A DNA stretch of 64,000 nt from Aphanothece sp. (GCA_040373885.1 JBEIVL010000001.1:14780-78779), one strand, 5' to 3'. Shown: positions 29,922 through 39,880, numbered from the stretch's first letter. The notes: generated from the sequence alone by a model not told the origin. Program-made: numbers and translations.

Positions 29922-31674
29922 ATCGCTCGGCCCCGTAGTGGTAAAGGGGGCGCCATAACAATCGATTGGTGCTGACCACCAGCAGGGCCATCACCACCAA
30001 GCCCAGCAGCAGCTGAGACGACTCCCCCTGGGCGCTGGCATCAGCGATGTACGAGCCCAATCCAGCCGTCCGCAGTCGCTGCGGTCCCCAGGTCACCAAT
30101 TCGGCCACGATCGAAGCATTCCAGGCCGCGCCACAGGCCGTGATGGCCCCTGTGATCCAGGTGCTGAACATCGCCGGCAGCAGGAAACGGCGCCACTTCT
30201 GCCAACCGCTCAGCTGAAAGACATGGGCCATTTCCCGCAGGTCGCTGGGGATGGCACAGGCACCTGCGGTGGAATTGAACAGCACGTACCACTGGGCCCC
30301 CATGGCCATCAGAGGCACACAACCCAACCACAGGGGCGTGCCTGTGGTCAGAAACAACACTGTGAAAAAGGGGAACAGCAGGTTGGCCGGCAGGCTGGCC
30401 AGCATCAAGATCAAGGGCTGCAGCAGGCTGGCGAGTCTGGGGCGCAAGCCGATGGTGGCGGCCAAGGGCAGGAAGAGCACCGTGCTGATGCCTACCACCG
30501 CCATGGCCCTGGCAAAGGTCAAAAAACCCAGCCCAACCACCGTCAAAACTTCCCGGATGCCCACCTGTTGAATGCAGCGTTGTAGAAGCAAGGCCAGGGC
30601 CATGCCACCGGCTAGAAGGACGGCCCGATCGATGACTTCCGGGCTGAAGACCATGCCGCGATGACTGTTCGACTCCAGGGGCGGCTTCGTCCAGACATTG
30701 AGGCGCCGCCGCAGGCCAACCGTGGCCAGGATCAACCAGCGGGTCAACAGACGCAGTCCGGCCGAGCCGGAAAGGATATCGAGAAACCACGAACTGGTGG
30801 GTGTGGCGACCGGGCTGGGATCGAGGCGAAATTGCTCGCTCCAGGCCACCAAAGGGCGCCAGAACAGCTGGTCAATCAGCACAATCAAGGCCAGCATGGT
30901 CAGCAGGGCCAAGACAACTTGATCCAGCCGTTGCTGGGCGATGGCGGAGGCGACGTAAGATCCCAGACCCGGCAAGACATAGTCGGTATTGTTGACACTG
31001 ATGGCCTCACTCTGGGTCACAAAGAACCAACCGCCGGCAAAACTCATCATGCTGTTCCATACCAATGGAATGGCACTTGCCGGCAATTCAAGCCGCGTCA
31101 ACCGCTGCCAACCGGTGAGGCCAATCACATGGGAAGCTTCTCTTAATTCAGCGGGGATTGTGTTGAGGGATTGGTGATAACAGAAAATCAGATTCCATAC
31201 CTGACTTGTCACGATTGCGAAGAGAGCTGCTGCTTCAAGCCCGAGTAGACTGCCAGGAAAAAGTCTTAGGAAAAATGGCACACTCACAGCCAAAAATCCC
31301 AACACAGGCACCGATTGCAGCACATCCACCATCGGCAGGATCAATCGCTCCGCCACGGGTGAGCGACTCGTCACCGAACCAAGCGTAATCGCGATCAAAA
31401 GCGATAGACCCAGGCCCATGAACATGCGCAGGCAGGAGCGTGCCGCGTAGTAAGGCAACAGGGCGGGATGCAGATCGACTCTTACCTGGCTTGCACTGGG
31501 ATGGAAACTGACCGCCATCTGACTGCCTAGGTCGGCGATCCCAACCACAAGAACCAGTCCCAGCAACAACAGGGCCAGATCAAGCAAGGCGGCAGACCCG
31601 CCAGAGCTGTCCTGCGGGTTCGCCTGTTGGGCTTCAAGGGGAACCTGGGTTGTCGGGAAAGGGGGAAGAGTCAA
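29911..31674 (-). CDS. NitT/TauT-type ABC permease with two fused TM domains
   Basis: DVLQSVPVLGFL, WNSMMSFAGGWFF, two EAA-like loops (IPAELRE, IPSDLRE), GAAWNASIVAE. Confidence 0.88.
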   Translation of the reverse strand: MTLPPFPTTQVPLEAQQANPQDSSGGSAALLDLALLLLGLVLVVGIADLGSQMAVSFHPSASQVRVDLHPALLPYYAARSCLRMFMGLGLSLLIAITLGSVTSRSPVAERLILPMVDVLQSVPVLGFLAVSVPFFLRLFPGSLLGLEAAALFAIVTSQVWNLIFCYHQSLNTIPAELREASHVIGLTGWQRLTRLELPASAIPLVWNSMMSFAGGWFFVTQSEAISVNNTDYVLPGLGSYVASAIAQQRLDQVVLALLTMLALIVLIDQLFWRPLVAWSEQFRLDPSPVATPTSSWFLDILSGSAGLRLLTRWLILATVGLRRRLNVWTKPPLESNSHRGMVFSPEVIDRAVLLAGGMALALLLQRCIQQVGIREVLTVVGLGFLTFARAMAVVGISTVLFLPLAATIGLRPRLASLLQPLILMLASLPANLLFPFFTVLFLTTGTPLWLGCVPLMAMGAQWYVLFNSTAGACAIPSDLREMAHVFQLSGWQKWRRFLLPAMFSTWITGAITACGAAWNASIVAELVTWGPQRLRTAGLGSYIADASAQGESSQLLLGLVVMALLVVSTNRLLWRPLYHYGAERYGA

Positions 31675-32012
31675 TCTTGATTAAGAAGCTCGTCGCGACT
31701 CAGCTTGAGCTGTTTCCAGATTTGCTTGATCTGCTCATAGGCCTGATCCTGGGGGAGCTTGCCATTGGCCTGCAAACCCACGATCAAGCCGACACGTTCG
31801 GCAAAAGTTTCGAGATTTTGGTGAAACATCAACCGATTGGGACTCCAATCGACCCCTCGGTAACTACCATGGGCTTCCATGGGAGAGCGAACACCATCGT
31901 TCGTTTCAGCAGCAGCACCATCAGATCCAGAAGGGCTCCCTGCGTATTGGTCGTTCAACGGAGCAAACGTCGTTTTCGCAACTTTAGGGGCCCACTTCCG
32001 TGGGCTGCCCAT
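31671..32012 (-). CDS. Small conserved cyanobacterial helical protein
   Basis: FHQNLETFAERVGLIVGLQANGKL...AYEQIKQIWKQLK; stop overlaps the permease TTG; true start may be 31880. Confidence 0.7.
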   Translation of the reverse strand: MGSPRKWAPKVAKTTFAPLNDQYAGSPSGSDGAAAETNDGVRSPMEAHGSYRGVDWSPNRLMFHQNLETFAERVGLIVGLQANGKLPQDQAYEQIKQIWKQLKLSRDELLNQD

Positions 32013-32236
32013 GTCCCTTCAAAAAAGTAGAAAAGCAAAGAACGGACAGACAACAGTGTCTTCTGCGAAACACACCCGCAAGCCTGAGTCCGCCTGAAAT
32101 GACGTGCCGCTGCCGCCGTGGTCATGATTCACCTGCTGCGCACCTGGTTGCCGCCGGTTGGCACCTGTCTGCTCCTGCAGGGGGCCATGGCCGGCGGCAG
32201 CATCCTGTTAAATCGCTGGCTAGCCCCTCCTGCGCC

Positions 32237-33337
32237 GTGTTGCGACTCACTCCAGGTGCGCTGAGCTCCCAACGGCTGGCGCAGCGGCCGGGAACCTGGC
32301 CCAGCCATCTTTACGTCCATGGCGGCCTGGCTCCCACTGATGTCGAACTGCTGCTGTTTGACCCCGAGGGGGTGCAGCGTCGCGTCCATCTTGATCCCCA
32401 GGACATCCTCGAGCTGCGCCACCAGGATCGGCCCCTTTGGTTGCGGATTCGGGGGCTGGCCGACCGCCCGCGGATCACCCGGCTCCTTGACCAACTCGGC
32501 ATTCCTCCCCCGCTGATCGCCCCCCTGATCGAAGTGCCTCAGCGGCCCCAGGTGGACTGCCTGGATTCGGTGATCATGGTTGTGATGCATCGTCTGGGCA
32601 GCACCAGGGCTCCAGGGTTCCTGGTCAGCGAACAGGTGGGCCTATTGCTGATCAATGGGTTGCTAATCACGATCGAGGAGGGCGCCCCTGGCGATTCGTT
32701 CCCTGGTTTAACGCAATGGTTGCTGTCCAATCGGGCCGCCCCCAGTGATCGGGACCTGGACGACATCCTCCATTTTCTAATTGATGAAATTTTGGATGCC
32801 CTCTTTCCTTTGTTGGAGGGCATTGCCCACGAACTCGATGAGCTTGAGGAGGCGGTCCTGCGACGGCCTAAACCCAAACTGTTGAATTCCGTTTTCCAGT
32901 TTCGCAGCAATCTGCGCACCATTCGCAGCCAGGTGTGGCCTCTACGCCATCAGATCAAGATGCTGCTGCGCCAGAACCAGAATCTGCTGGGAAAGGAGGC
33001 TGTGTTTGGGTTCCAGGAGATGGCCGAGATGGTGGAAATGCTGTTCGAAAACTGTGAACTTCTGCGCAATCAATGTGACGCCATCACCCAGGCCTACAGC
33101 GCCAGCGTGGGCAATCGCATGAATCAGGTCATGAAGGCCCTAACAATCCTGACCAGCATCTTTGCTCCGCTCACCCTGATCGCCGGCATCTATGGCATGA
33201 ACTTCGAGATCATGCCCGAGCTGCATTGGCGCTTTGGTTATCTCGGCGCCCTGATCTTGATGGGGCTGATTGCCTTCGTTCAATGCCTCTGGCTCCAGCG
33301 CCGAGGCTGGTTTGAGGACTGGACGGCACCGAAGTGA
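32237..33337 (+). CDS. corA: CorA-family Mg2+/Co2+ transporter
   Basis: MNQVMKALT...GIYGMNFEIMPELHWRFGY (GMN and MPEL motifs); start uncertain. Confidence 0.9.
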   Translation: MLRLTPGALSSQRLAQRPGTWPSHLYVHGGLAPTDVELLLFDPEGVQRRVHLDPQDILELRHQDRPLWLRIRGLADRPRITRLLDQLGIPPPLIAPLIEVPQRPQVDCLDSVIMVVMHRLGSTRAPGFLVSEQVGLLLINGLLITIEEGAPGDSFPGLTQWLLSNRAAPSDRDLDDILHFLIDEILDALFPLLEGIAHELDELEEAVLRRPKPKLLNSVFQFRSNLRTIRSQVWPLRHQIKMLLRQNQNLLGKEAVFGFQEMAEMVEMLFENCELLRNQCDAITQAYSASVGNRMNQVMKALTILTSIFAPLTLIAGIYGMNFEIMPELHWRFGYLGALILMGLIAFVQCLWLQRRGWFEDWTAPK

Positions 33338-33375
33338 GGCCTCAACGGCCCCCGGGGGCCGCTGCGAATGCTTTC

Positions 33376-33394
33376 CTTAACCACGACATAACGA
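33376..33394 (+). promoter_or_regulatory. Candidate Pho box upstream of pstS
   Basis: CTTAACCA-cga-CATAACGA, 11-bp period; fits the cyanobacterial PyTTAAPyPy(T/A) repeat. Confidence 0.65.
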
Positions 33395-33448
33395 CTGCGG
33401 TGCCCGGCAGTTGCTAACCAGGTGTGGCACCTATTTCTAGGCTTTTCA

Positions 33449-34429
33449 ATGTCCTTCGCCCAGAAGGCCCTGATCTTCGGTACGGTCGCCGCCATCGTGG
33501 CTGGCACCAGCGCCACAGCAGAGAGTGCCCTCAATGGCGCAGGGGCTACTTTCCCGGCGCCCTTCTACCAAAGCTCTTTTGCTGGGCTGGCTGCCGCCGG
33601 CGGTCCAAAGGTGAATTATCAGTCGGTGGGCTCCGGTGCTGGGGTGCGCCAATTTGTGGCCGGCACCGTGGATTTCGGCGCCACCGATGAGCCGATCAAG
33701 GGCTCCGAAGCCGCCAAGGTTGGTCGTGGAGTGATTCAGTTCCCCACTGTCGGCGGCACGGTTGCCGTGGCTTACAACAAGGCCGACTGCCCCGCCCTGC
33801 GTCTCACCCAGGACCAACTGGCCAAAGTGTTTCTCGGTGAGATCAAAACCTGGGAAGCGTTGAAGTGCGGCAAGGGGCCCATCACGGTGGCCCACCGCTC
33901 TGATGGCTCCGGGACCACCTTCGCCTTCACCAACTCCCTCTCCGCTTTCTCCCCCGCCTGGAAGAGCCGGGTGGGAGAGGGCAAGAGCGTCAATTGGCCC
34001 GTGGGGGTGGGCGGCAAGGGCAATGAAGGCGTCTCCGGCATCCTCACCAACACGCCTGGCTCTATCGGTTATGTCAACCAGGCCTTCGTCAAGGGCAAAC
34101 TCAGGTCTGCCGCGATCCAGAACCGTGCTGGAGCCTTCGTCAAGCCCGGTCTCAAGGGTGGCCATGATGCCCTGAACAACATCCGTCTGGATTCCCGTCT
34201 GGCCGGTGAAGACCCCAATCCCGCTGGCGCCGGCAGCTACCCGATCACCACCCTCACCTGGGTGCTGGCGTACGAGAAGGGCAATGGCGCCAAGGCCGCT
34301 TCGATTCGCAAAGCTCTCGAGTACCTCCTCGGTCCCGGTCAGGCCAAGGCCGATGACCTGGGATACGTCCCTCTTCGCGGCGACATCCTCAGCAAAGCCA
34401 AGAGCGCTGTGCGTCGCATCGGACCCTGA
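33449..34429 (+). CDS. pstS: Phosphate ABC transporter substrate-binding protein PstS
   Basis: LNGAGATFPAP, NYQSVGSGAG, HRSDGSGTT, GKGNEGV, YPITTLTW. Confidence 0.97.
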   Translation: MSFAQKALIFGTVAAIVAGTSATAESALNGAGATFPAPFYQSSFAGLAAAGGPKVNYQSVGSGAGVRQFVAGTVDFGATDEPIKGSEAAKVGRGVIQFPTVGGTVAVAYNKADCPALRLTQDQLAKVFLGEIKTWEALKCGKGPITVAHRSDGSGTTFAFTNSLSAFSPAWKSRVGEGKSVNWPVGVGGKGNEGVSGILTNTPGSIGYVNQAFVKGKLRSAAIQNRAGAFVKPGLKGGHDALNNIRLDSRLAGEDPNPAGAGSYPITTLTWVLAYEKGNGAKAASIRKALEYLLGPGQAKADDLGYVPLRGDILSKAKSAVRRIGP

Positions 34430-34512
34430 GGACTGCGCTGCACGCCCCAGACTGGGGCCCCTGAACTGAGACCCCAGAGCTGAGCCTACTGAATTGAGCA
34501 TTAATCATCCTG

Positions 34513-34536
34513 GGCGGCCTGTAATGGCCGCCTTTT
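34513..34536 (+). terminator. Intrinsic terminator after pstS
   Basis: GGCGGCC-tgtaat-GGCCGCC-TTTT. Confidence 0.75.
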
Positions 34537-34627
34537 AATTGGAATGGATTGATGGACTAAAGTGTCCTCATTCTGATTTGAGTGTCTTGTTCGAATTCAA
34601 AGCCAAACGCCACCTGTCTTGACGCAT

Positions 34628-34646
34628 TTTATCCAGACCTTAACCT
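34628..34646 (+). promoter_or_regulatory. Candidate Pho box upstream of the CRP-family regulator
   Basis: TTTATCCA-gac-CTTAACCT, 11-bp period. Confidence 0.65.
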
Positions 34647-34721
34647 TCCCACTACCGTGCCTTCATCAAGGTCTCTTGGGGTGAGCCATACGCTGGGACT
34701 GTCCAGAAAAGGAATCCGGCC

Positions 34722-35354
34722 ATGGTTTTCACTTCGCCGCGCGCCACTGGCAGCAGTGATGGATTCAGGGATTTACTGGAAACGAGTTATCAGAAACGCA
34801 GCCTGGTCCATGTGGCCACAGGCAGTGGTATCCCTCTCTTGCGTGACCATGTCTGGTTGGTCGTGCGCGGCATGGTGAAACTCGGAGCTCTCACCATTCA
34901 CGGTGATGAAATGGTGCTTGGCCTGGCCGGAGCCAACGAGCCCTTTGGCGATCCCTTGGCTGGCGTCGAGGCCTACAGCGCCGTCGCCCTGTGTGACAGC
35001 GACTTGCTTTGCCTGCCCCTGCGGGAGATTCAGGCCGATCCCGCCCTGGCGGTCGCCATGCTACAAGCCCTCAGCCAGCGTTATCGCCAAAGTCAGTCTC
35101 TGCTGGGTCTGATGGGATTGAGGCGCGTGGAAGAGCGACTCAGGGGCTTCCTTGAACTGCTGGCTTCCGACTACGGGCAACCCTGTGCAGAGGGCCTGCG
35201 GCTCAATGTGCGCCTGACCCACCAGGAACTCGCCAGTGCCCTGGGCACCACCCGCGTCACCGTGACCCGGGTGCTCGGGGCGCTGCGGGAGGAGGGTTGG
35301 CTGCAGATGGATAACCAACGCCGACTGGTGTTGAGCCACCTGCCCCGATCCTGA
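34722..35354 (+). CDS. ptrA: CRP/FNR-family transcriptional regulator, PtrA-like
   Basis: LTHQELASALGTTRVTVTR HTH; directly downstream of pstS, the position of ptrA in marine Synechococcus. Confidence 0.8.
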   Translation: MVFTSPRATGSSDGFRDLLETSYQKRSLVHVATGSGIPLLRDHVWLVVRGMVKLGALTIHGDEMVLGLAGANEPFGDPLAGVEAYSAVALCDSDLLCLPLREIQADPALAVAMLQALSQRYRQSQSLLGLMGLRRVEERLRGFLELLASDYGQPCAEGLRLNVRLTHQELASALGTTRVTVTRVLGALREEGWLQMDNQRRLVLSHLPRS

Positions 35355-35460
35355 GCCGTCTGAGCGATCCCGACGAGTCACCTGCCTGTTTCTGAATCAC
35401 TGTCCCCCTTCTGCGTCTGTGCCTTTCTCCGCCTCTGTCGCCCTGGAGCAGAATGGCGGC

Positions 35461-36153
35461 ATGCCCGCCTCTCTGCTGGTCGTCGAGGACGACGACACGA
35501 TTCGCGAAACGATCCGTGAAGCCCTGATCCTGGAGGGCTACGAGGTGACCGCCAGCGGCAATGGCCGAGATGCCCTGGCCTTGATGCGCGATGCGGCCGA
35601 GCGAGCCCCCTTCTCCCTGGTGGTGCTCGATCTGATGCTGCCGGGTCTTGATGGCCTCGATCTCTGTCGCCAGATGCGTCAGAGCGAAATCAGCACACCG
35701 ATCCTGGTGGTGAGCGCCCGTGACAGCGAGCGGGAGCGGGTCTTGGGCTTGGAGGTCGGTGCCGACGATTACCTGGTCAAACCCTTTGGCATGCGCGAAT
35801 TGGTGGCCCGTTGCCGCGCCCTGCTACGACGCAGCAACGGAGGTTTCAGTACGGGCCGGGTTCTGGAACATGCCAACCTGCGCCTGTTCACCGAAGAATG
35901 CCGTGTGACCCGGGATGGGCAAGAGGTCAACCTCTCACCCAAGGAGTACAAGCTTCTAGAGCTTTTCATGCAGAATCCGCGACGGGTTTGGAGCCGCGAC
36001 AAGTTGTTGGAGCAGATCTGGGGTTTCGATTATTTTGGTGACAGTAAAACCGTCGACGTTCATATACGCTGGCTCCGCGAAAAACTCGAGACCAACCCCT
36101 CCTCTCCTGAACATCTCTTGACTGTCCGTGGTTTTGGCTACCGCTTCGGCTGA
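35461..36153 (+). CDS. phoB: OmpR-family response regulator PhoB/SphR
   Basis: VVEDD, LDLMLPG, GADDYLVKPF, DYFGDSKTVDVHIRWLREKLE, TVRGFGYRFG. Confidence 0.9.
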   Translation: MPASLLVVEDDDTIRETIREALILEGYEVTASGNGRDALALMRDAAERAPFSLVVLDLMLPGLDGLDLCRQMRQSEISTPILVVSARDSERERVLGLEVGADDYLVKPFGMRELVARCRALLRRSNGGFSTGRVLEHANLRLFTEECRVTRDGQEVNLSPKEYKLLELFMQNPRRVWSRDKLLEQIWGFDYFGDSKTVDVHIRWLREKLETNPSSPEHLLTVRGFGYRFG

Positions 36154-37272
36154 GTGGTTCTCGCCCTGCTCTTGCCTCTGTCCCTGGTCCTCGGGCTGGT
36201 GCTGGGCTGGACCCTGAGCCAAGCTCGAACCCGTCCCGCCGGCCGCCTCGCACAGGGCAGTCGCCAATGGCTGCGCTGGTTGGAGGCCGCCCCCAGCGGC
36301 TGGGTGGTCGTGGCTGACGATGACGCTGTTCGCCTCCTGAACCCCAGGGCCGAACGGCTTCTGCAACTCCCAGCCGCTCTGCCCCATCTCGTCCACCTCG
36401 ACCAGATCTGCGCCGATCCCAAGTTGCGCGAAGTCATCCATGCCGCCCGCCGCCACCAGCGCCCCCAGCGCCTGGAGTGGGAGCTGGGGGGCGAAGAGCT
36501 TGAGGCCATTGCCCTTCCGGGCGATCAGGGCTGGGTGGGGGTGCAACTGCAGAGCCGCCGGTCGATTGAAGCCCAGCTCGACCAACAGGAACGCTGGGTC
36601 AGTGATGTGGCCCATGAACTCCGCACCCCCTTGACGGCCTTGCTCCTGGTGGGAGACAGCCTTGCGGCCCGGGTGACCAGTGACAATGAGGTGCTGGTAG
36701 AGCGGCTACAGCGAGAGTTGCGGCGTCTGCAGGCCCTCGTGGTCGATCTGCTCGAGTTGTCCCGGCTTGAGAACAGTCTTCCCGGTCAGGGGATGGCCCT
36801 GCAACCGGTGGAACTGACCTCCCTGGTGATGCGCGTTTTGGCGGGGCTGCGCCCCCTGGCCGAAGAACGGGGCATCCGCTTCGTTCTGCATCAGCCCAAC
36901 TCGGAAGCCCCAGCGGCAGTCGTGAATGGAGACGACTCCCGCCTGCACCGGGCCCTGCTCAATCTGCTCGACAACGCCCTGCGCTACAGCCCCGATGGCG
37001 GAGTGGTGGACGTGCGCATCGTCCGGGGGCGTCACTGGTGCCGAGTGGAAATTCAGGATCAGGGCCCTGGCTTCAGTGAAGCTGATCTGGAGCACATGTT
37101 CCAACGGTTCTACCGGGGCGATCCCTCCCGCATGCGCAGTCGACGCACAGGCAGCGGCCTGGGACTCTCCATCGTTCAACAAATCGCGCTCACCCATGGC
37201 GGGCGGGTTCAGGCTGACAACCATCCCCAGGGGGGAGCCTTGATCGAACTCCTCCTGCCGGTGGCCCTTTAA
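36154..37272 (+). CDS. phoR: Sensor histidine kinase PhoR/SphS
   Basis: SDVAHELRTPLT H-box, NLLDNALRY, DQGPG, FYRGD, GSGLGL. Confidence 0.88.
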   Translation: MVLALLLPLSLVLGLVLGWTLSQARTRPAGRLAQGSRQWLRWLEAAPSGWVVVADDDAVRLLNPRAERLLQLPAALPHLVHLDQICADPKLREVIHAARRHQRPQRLEWELGGEELEAIALPGDQGWVGVQLQSRRSIEAQLDQQERWVSDVAHELRTPLTALLLVGDSLAARVTSDNEVLVERLQRELRRLQALVVDLLELSRLENSLPGQGMALQPVELTSLVMRVLAGLRPLAEERGIRFVLHQPNSEAPAAVVNGDDSRLHRALLNLLDNALRYSPDGGVVDVRIVRGRHWCRVEIQDQGPGFSEADLEHMFQRFYRGDPSRMRSRRTGSGLGLSIVQQIALTHGGRVQADNHPQGGALIELLLPVAL

Positions 37273-37291
37273 CCCCCCATCCCCATTGGCC

Positions 37292-38503
37292 ATGTCCCCA
37301 ACCGGCCGCTGTCCTGGTCCTGCCCACCGCCTGAATGGGGTGTTGAGCCCGGTGATTCCCCAGCTCACCCAGCTGATTCGCCAGGCTCCTGGTTGCCTTT
37401 CCCTGGCCCAGGGCATGGTGGACTGGGCACCACCGGCAGGGGTGCGCCAGGCCCTGGCCGAGGCCCTGAGCGATCCGGCCGCCGACCTGGATCGCTACGG
37501 CCCCATGGCCGGAGACGACGATCTGCTGCAGGCCATTCGCCAGGAGCTCCAGATCCACCACCGGCTGGATCTGGAGGGCAGCGCCCTGATGGTGACCGCC
37601 GGAAGCAACATGGCCTTCCTGGCCCTGGTCCAGGTGCTGTGCGATCCCGGCGATGAGGTGATCCTGCCGGTGCCCTGGTACTTCAACCATGTGATGGCCG
37701 TGCAACTGGTCGGTGCTGTTCCGGTGAGCGTGCCCATGGCCGGGCAGGGGGGACTGATTCCGGACCCGGATCGGCTGGCGGCGGCCATCACGCCGCGCAC
37801 CCGCGCCATCGTGACCGTCTCCCCGGGCAATCCCAGTGGTTTGATCACTCCCGGTGAGCGGCTGGAGGCCATCAACCGCCTCTGTGCCCATCACGGCTTG
37901 ATTCACATCAGTGATGAGGCCTATGCGCTGTTCGTGCACGGCTCGGTCCCGCATCGCTCCCCTGGGGCCTTGGCAGGCAGTGGCGCCCACACGGCTTCGC
38001 TTTACTCCCTATCCAAGGCCTACGGCATGGCCGGCTGGCGTCTGGGCTACGCCGCCGTGCCCTCGCAGCTGCTTCCGGCTCTGGTCAAGGTGCAGGACAC
38101 CAATCTGATCTGCCCGCCCCGCCCGATGCAAAGGGCGGCTCTGGCGGCCCTGGCCGCGGGCCCCCGCTGGTGCCGGCCCCGGGTGGCCACCCTGGAGCCT
38201 CGCCGCCAGGCCCTGATGGCGGCGACGGCGAGCGCTGCCGCCCAGGGGTTGGAGGTGGCGTTGCTGGCGCCACCGGATGGTGCGTTTTACGGCCTGTTGG
38301 AGGTTCCCTGGCACCGATCGGAGGACGAGTTGATGACTACCTTGGTGCTGAATCACGGTGTGGCCGTGGTGCCGGGTCAGAGTTTTGGTCTGAACAGTCC
38401 CCCGGGCCGGGCGACGCTGCGCGTCAGTTATGGGATGCAACCTCCGGAGCTGCTGGGTCAGGCTCTGCAGAGGTTGTTCAAGGGCCTGGCTTCTCGGGAC
38501 TAA
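37292..38503 (+). CDS. PLP-dependent aminotransferase class I/II
   Basis: SLAQG, PGNPSG, SDEAY, SLSKAYGMAGWRLGY. Confidence 0.92.
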   Translation: MSPTGRCPGPAHRLNGVLSPVIPQLTQLIRQAPGCLSLAQGMVDWAPPAGVRQALAEALSDPAADLDRYGPMAGDDDLLQAIRQELQIHHRLDLEGSALMVTAGSNMAFLALVQVLCDPGDEVILPVPWYFNHVMAVQLVGAVPVSVPMAGQGGLIPDPDRLAAAITPRTRAIVTVSPGNPSGLITPGERLEAINRLCAHHGLIHISDEAYALFVHGSVPHRSPGALAGSGAHTASLYSLSKAYGMAGWRLGYAAVPSQLLPALVKVQDTNLICPPRPMQRAALAALAAGPRWCRPRVATLEPRRQALMAATASAAAQGLEVALLAPPDGAFYGLLEVPWHRSEDELMTTLVLNHGVAVVPGQSFGLNSPPGRATLRVSYGMQPPELLGQALQRLFKGLASRD

Positions 38504-39533
38504 CGGCACTTTTCAACATCCAGAGATTGGGTCCATCGATCCAAACCAAAAGCGCTTGATCCTTTGTTTTGATCCATTGCTGCTGGCCGGGGTCCAGGCC
38601 CAGGGCACGGGCGGCTGCCAAGGGCAGGCGGCGTGCCTGCACACCATCGCCGAGAGCCTTGTCCGAACCGGCGGCCAGCGGAACGGGGACCGCTTGATCC
38701 CAGAGCTTCAGGAAGGGCAGGGTGTCAGCGCCCTTGAGCACTGCTCCGACTGGCATTTCAGATCCCGACCCGGCGGGGGAGGAGTCCTGGTTCGAGCGCA
38801 GTTCCCTCAGACGCTGCAGGGCTTCAGGCGGCGGAGCGGGCGGCAGCCGGATGGAGCCCGGGGCCAGGGAAATGGCGGGAGCATCAGGTTTTCCCTTCGC
38901 TGGAGGGGAGGTTGAGTTCGCCTCGGAATCCCTGGTGTTGGCTTGGGCCCCGGCCCCCTTGGCCGCCCAAGCAGAACGGGACTGGGCACTACTGCCAGGT
39001 GCTTTGCCGCCAGCCAGGGCCAGGCTGCTCACCGCCTTGGCCTTGGCCCCTGGAGCGGAACCATGAGTTGACTTTCCAGAAGCGTCCTTGGCGGAGGAGC
39101 CCTTAGCCGTAGTGGACGACTTCGTCCCAGAGGCGGCGCCCTCCTCCTTTTTGCCCTTGATTCCTCCAGGCGTCTGGACAGCAGTGTTGCTCTTCTCCCC
39201 TTTTGTAGGCAGGGGGCCCAGCACGTCGAGCGGCGGCGGCGGCAGCGTGGTAGCGGGCGGCAGCGGAATCGTTGTTGCCTCCACTTCCTGCTGGGGCATG
39301 CGACGACTGAAGCGCAGCAGCTCAGGAGTGGTATCCGCCGCTGTCAAGACCTCAACCCTGGTGGCTGTGCGGCGCCAGGGGTGGAGGGACAAAAGGAGAA
39401 CGTGGCCGAGCAGGGCGGCCACCAGGGCGAGGCCCAGCGGCGCAGCGGAGGGGGGCAAGCGCTGCGGCAGCGTCCTTAGGACATCTGGCGTCCTGTTGAC
39501 ATCAAAGGAGAACTTCGGGCGAGGCATCGTCAT
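38478..39533 (-). CDS. Single-TM Pro/Lys/Ala-rich protein, TonB/TolA-like architecture
   Basis: TM with His (LVAALLGHVLLLSL), PLPPATTLPPPPL, long low-complexity spacer, C-terminal domain; last gene of an exbB-exbD-like operon. Confidence 0.55.
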   Translation of the reverse strand: MTMPRPKFSFDVNRTPDVLRTLPQRLPPSAAPLGLALVAALLGHVLLLSLHPWRRTATRVEVLTAADTTPELLRFSRRMPQQEVEATTIPLPPATTLPPPPLDVLGPLPTKGEKSNTAVQTPGGIKGKKEEGAASGTKSSTTAKGSSAKDASGKSTHGSAPGAKAKAVSSLALAGGKAPGSSAQSRSAWAAKGAGAQANTRDSEANSTSPPAKGKPDAPAISLAPGSIRLPPAPPPEALQRLRELRSNQDSSPAGSGSEMPVGAVLKGADTLPFLKLWDQAVPVPLAAGSDKALGDGVQARRLPLAAARALGLDPGQQQWIKTKDQALLVWIDGPNLWMLKSAVSPEKPGP

Positions 39534-39880
39534 GGCAATTGCAGTTCCAGATCCAGTCCGTTGCTCTCCAAGTGGGAAACGAGTTGTTGCACGACCCCCC
39601 AGGGCACAGCGGCGTCGGGAATCAGTCGCAGCACGGGGGGGGGCTGCCGCAGCGTTTGGCCCCGGGCCCGGCTCAGCAGGGGACCAAGATCACGGGGGCG
39701 GATCGGCTGGTTCCAGACGCGCAATTGACCGTGGGAATCGAGATGGAGAGCAATCACCCCTTGAGCCGCAGATCGTTGCGCCAGACGCTGGGGAATCACG
39801 AGCAGGGCCAGAAAGGTTGCCCCGAGGCCTACCGAGAGCAGCCCCATCGCCACCACATCAAGAGCCAGGCCCGGTTTCAT
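39530..39880 (-). CDS. ExbD/TolR-like protein (Asp-bearing copy)
   Basis: ALDVV then a TM; LHLDSHGQL...NQPI...VLRLIPDAAVPWGVVQQLV..L...G periplasmic pattern. Confidence 0.65.
   Translation of the reverse strand: MKPGLALDVVAMGLLSVGLGATFLALLVIPQRLAQRSAAQGVIALHLDSHGQLRVWNQPIRPRDLGPLLSRARGQTLRQPPPVLRLIPDAAVPWGVVQQLVSHLESNGLDLELQLP

Noticed and set aside
34425-34500. CTGAG/CCCCAG micro-repeats after pstS as a riboswitch or REP element
   Set aside because: No recognisable conserved core and no second copy noticed; likely a 3' UTR
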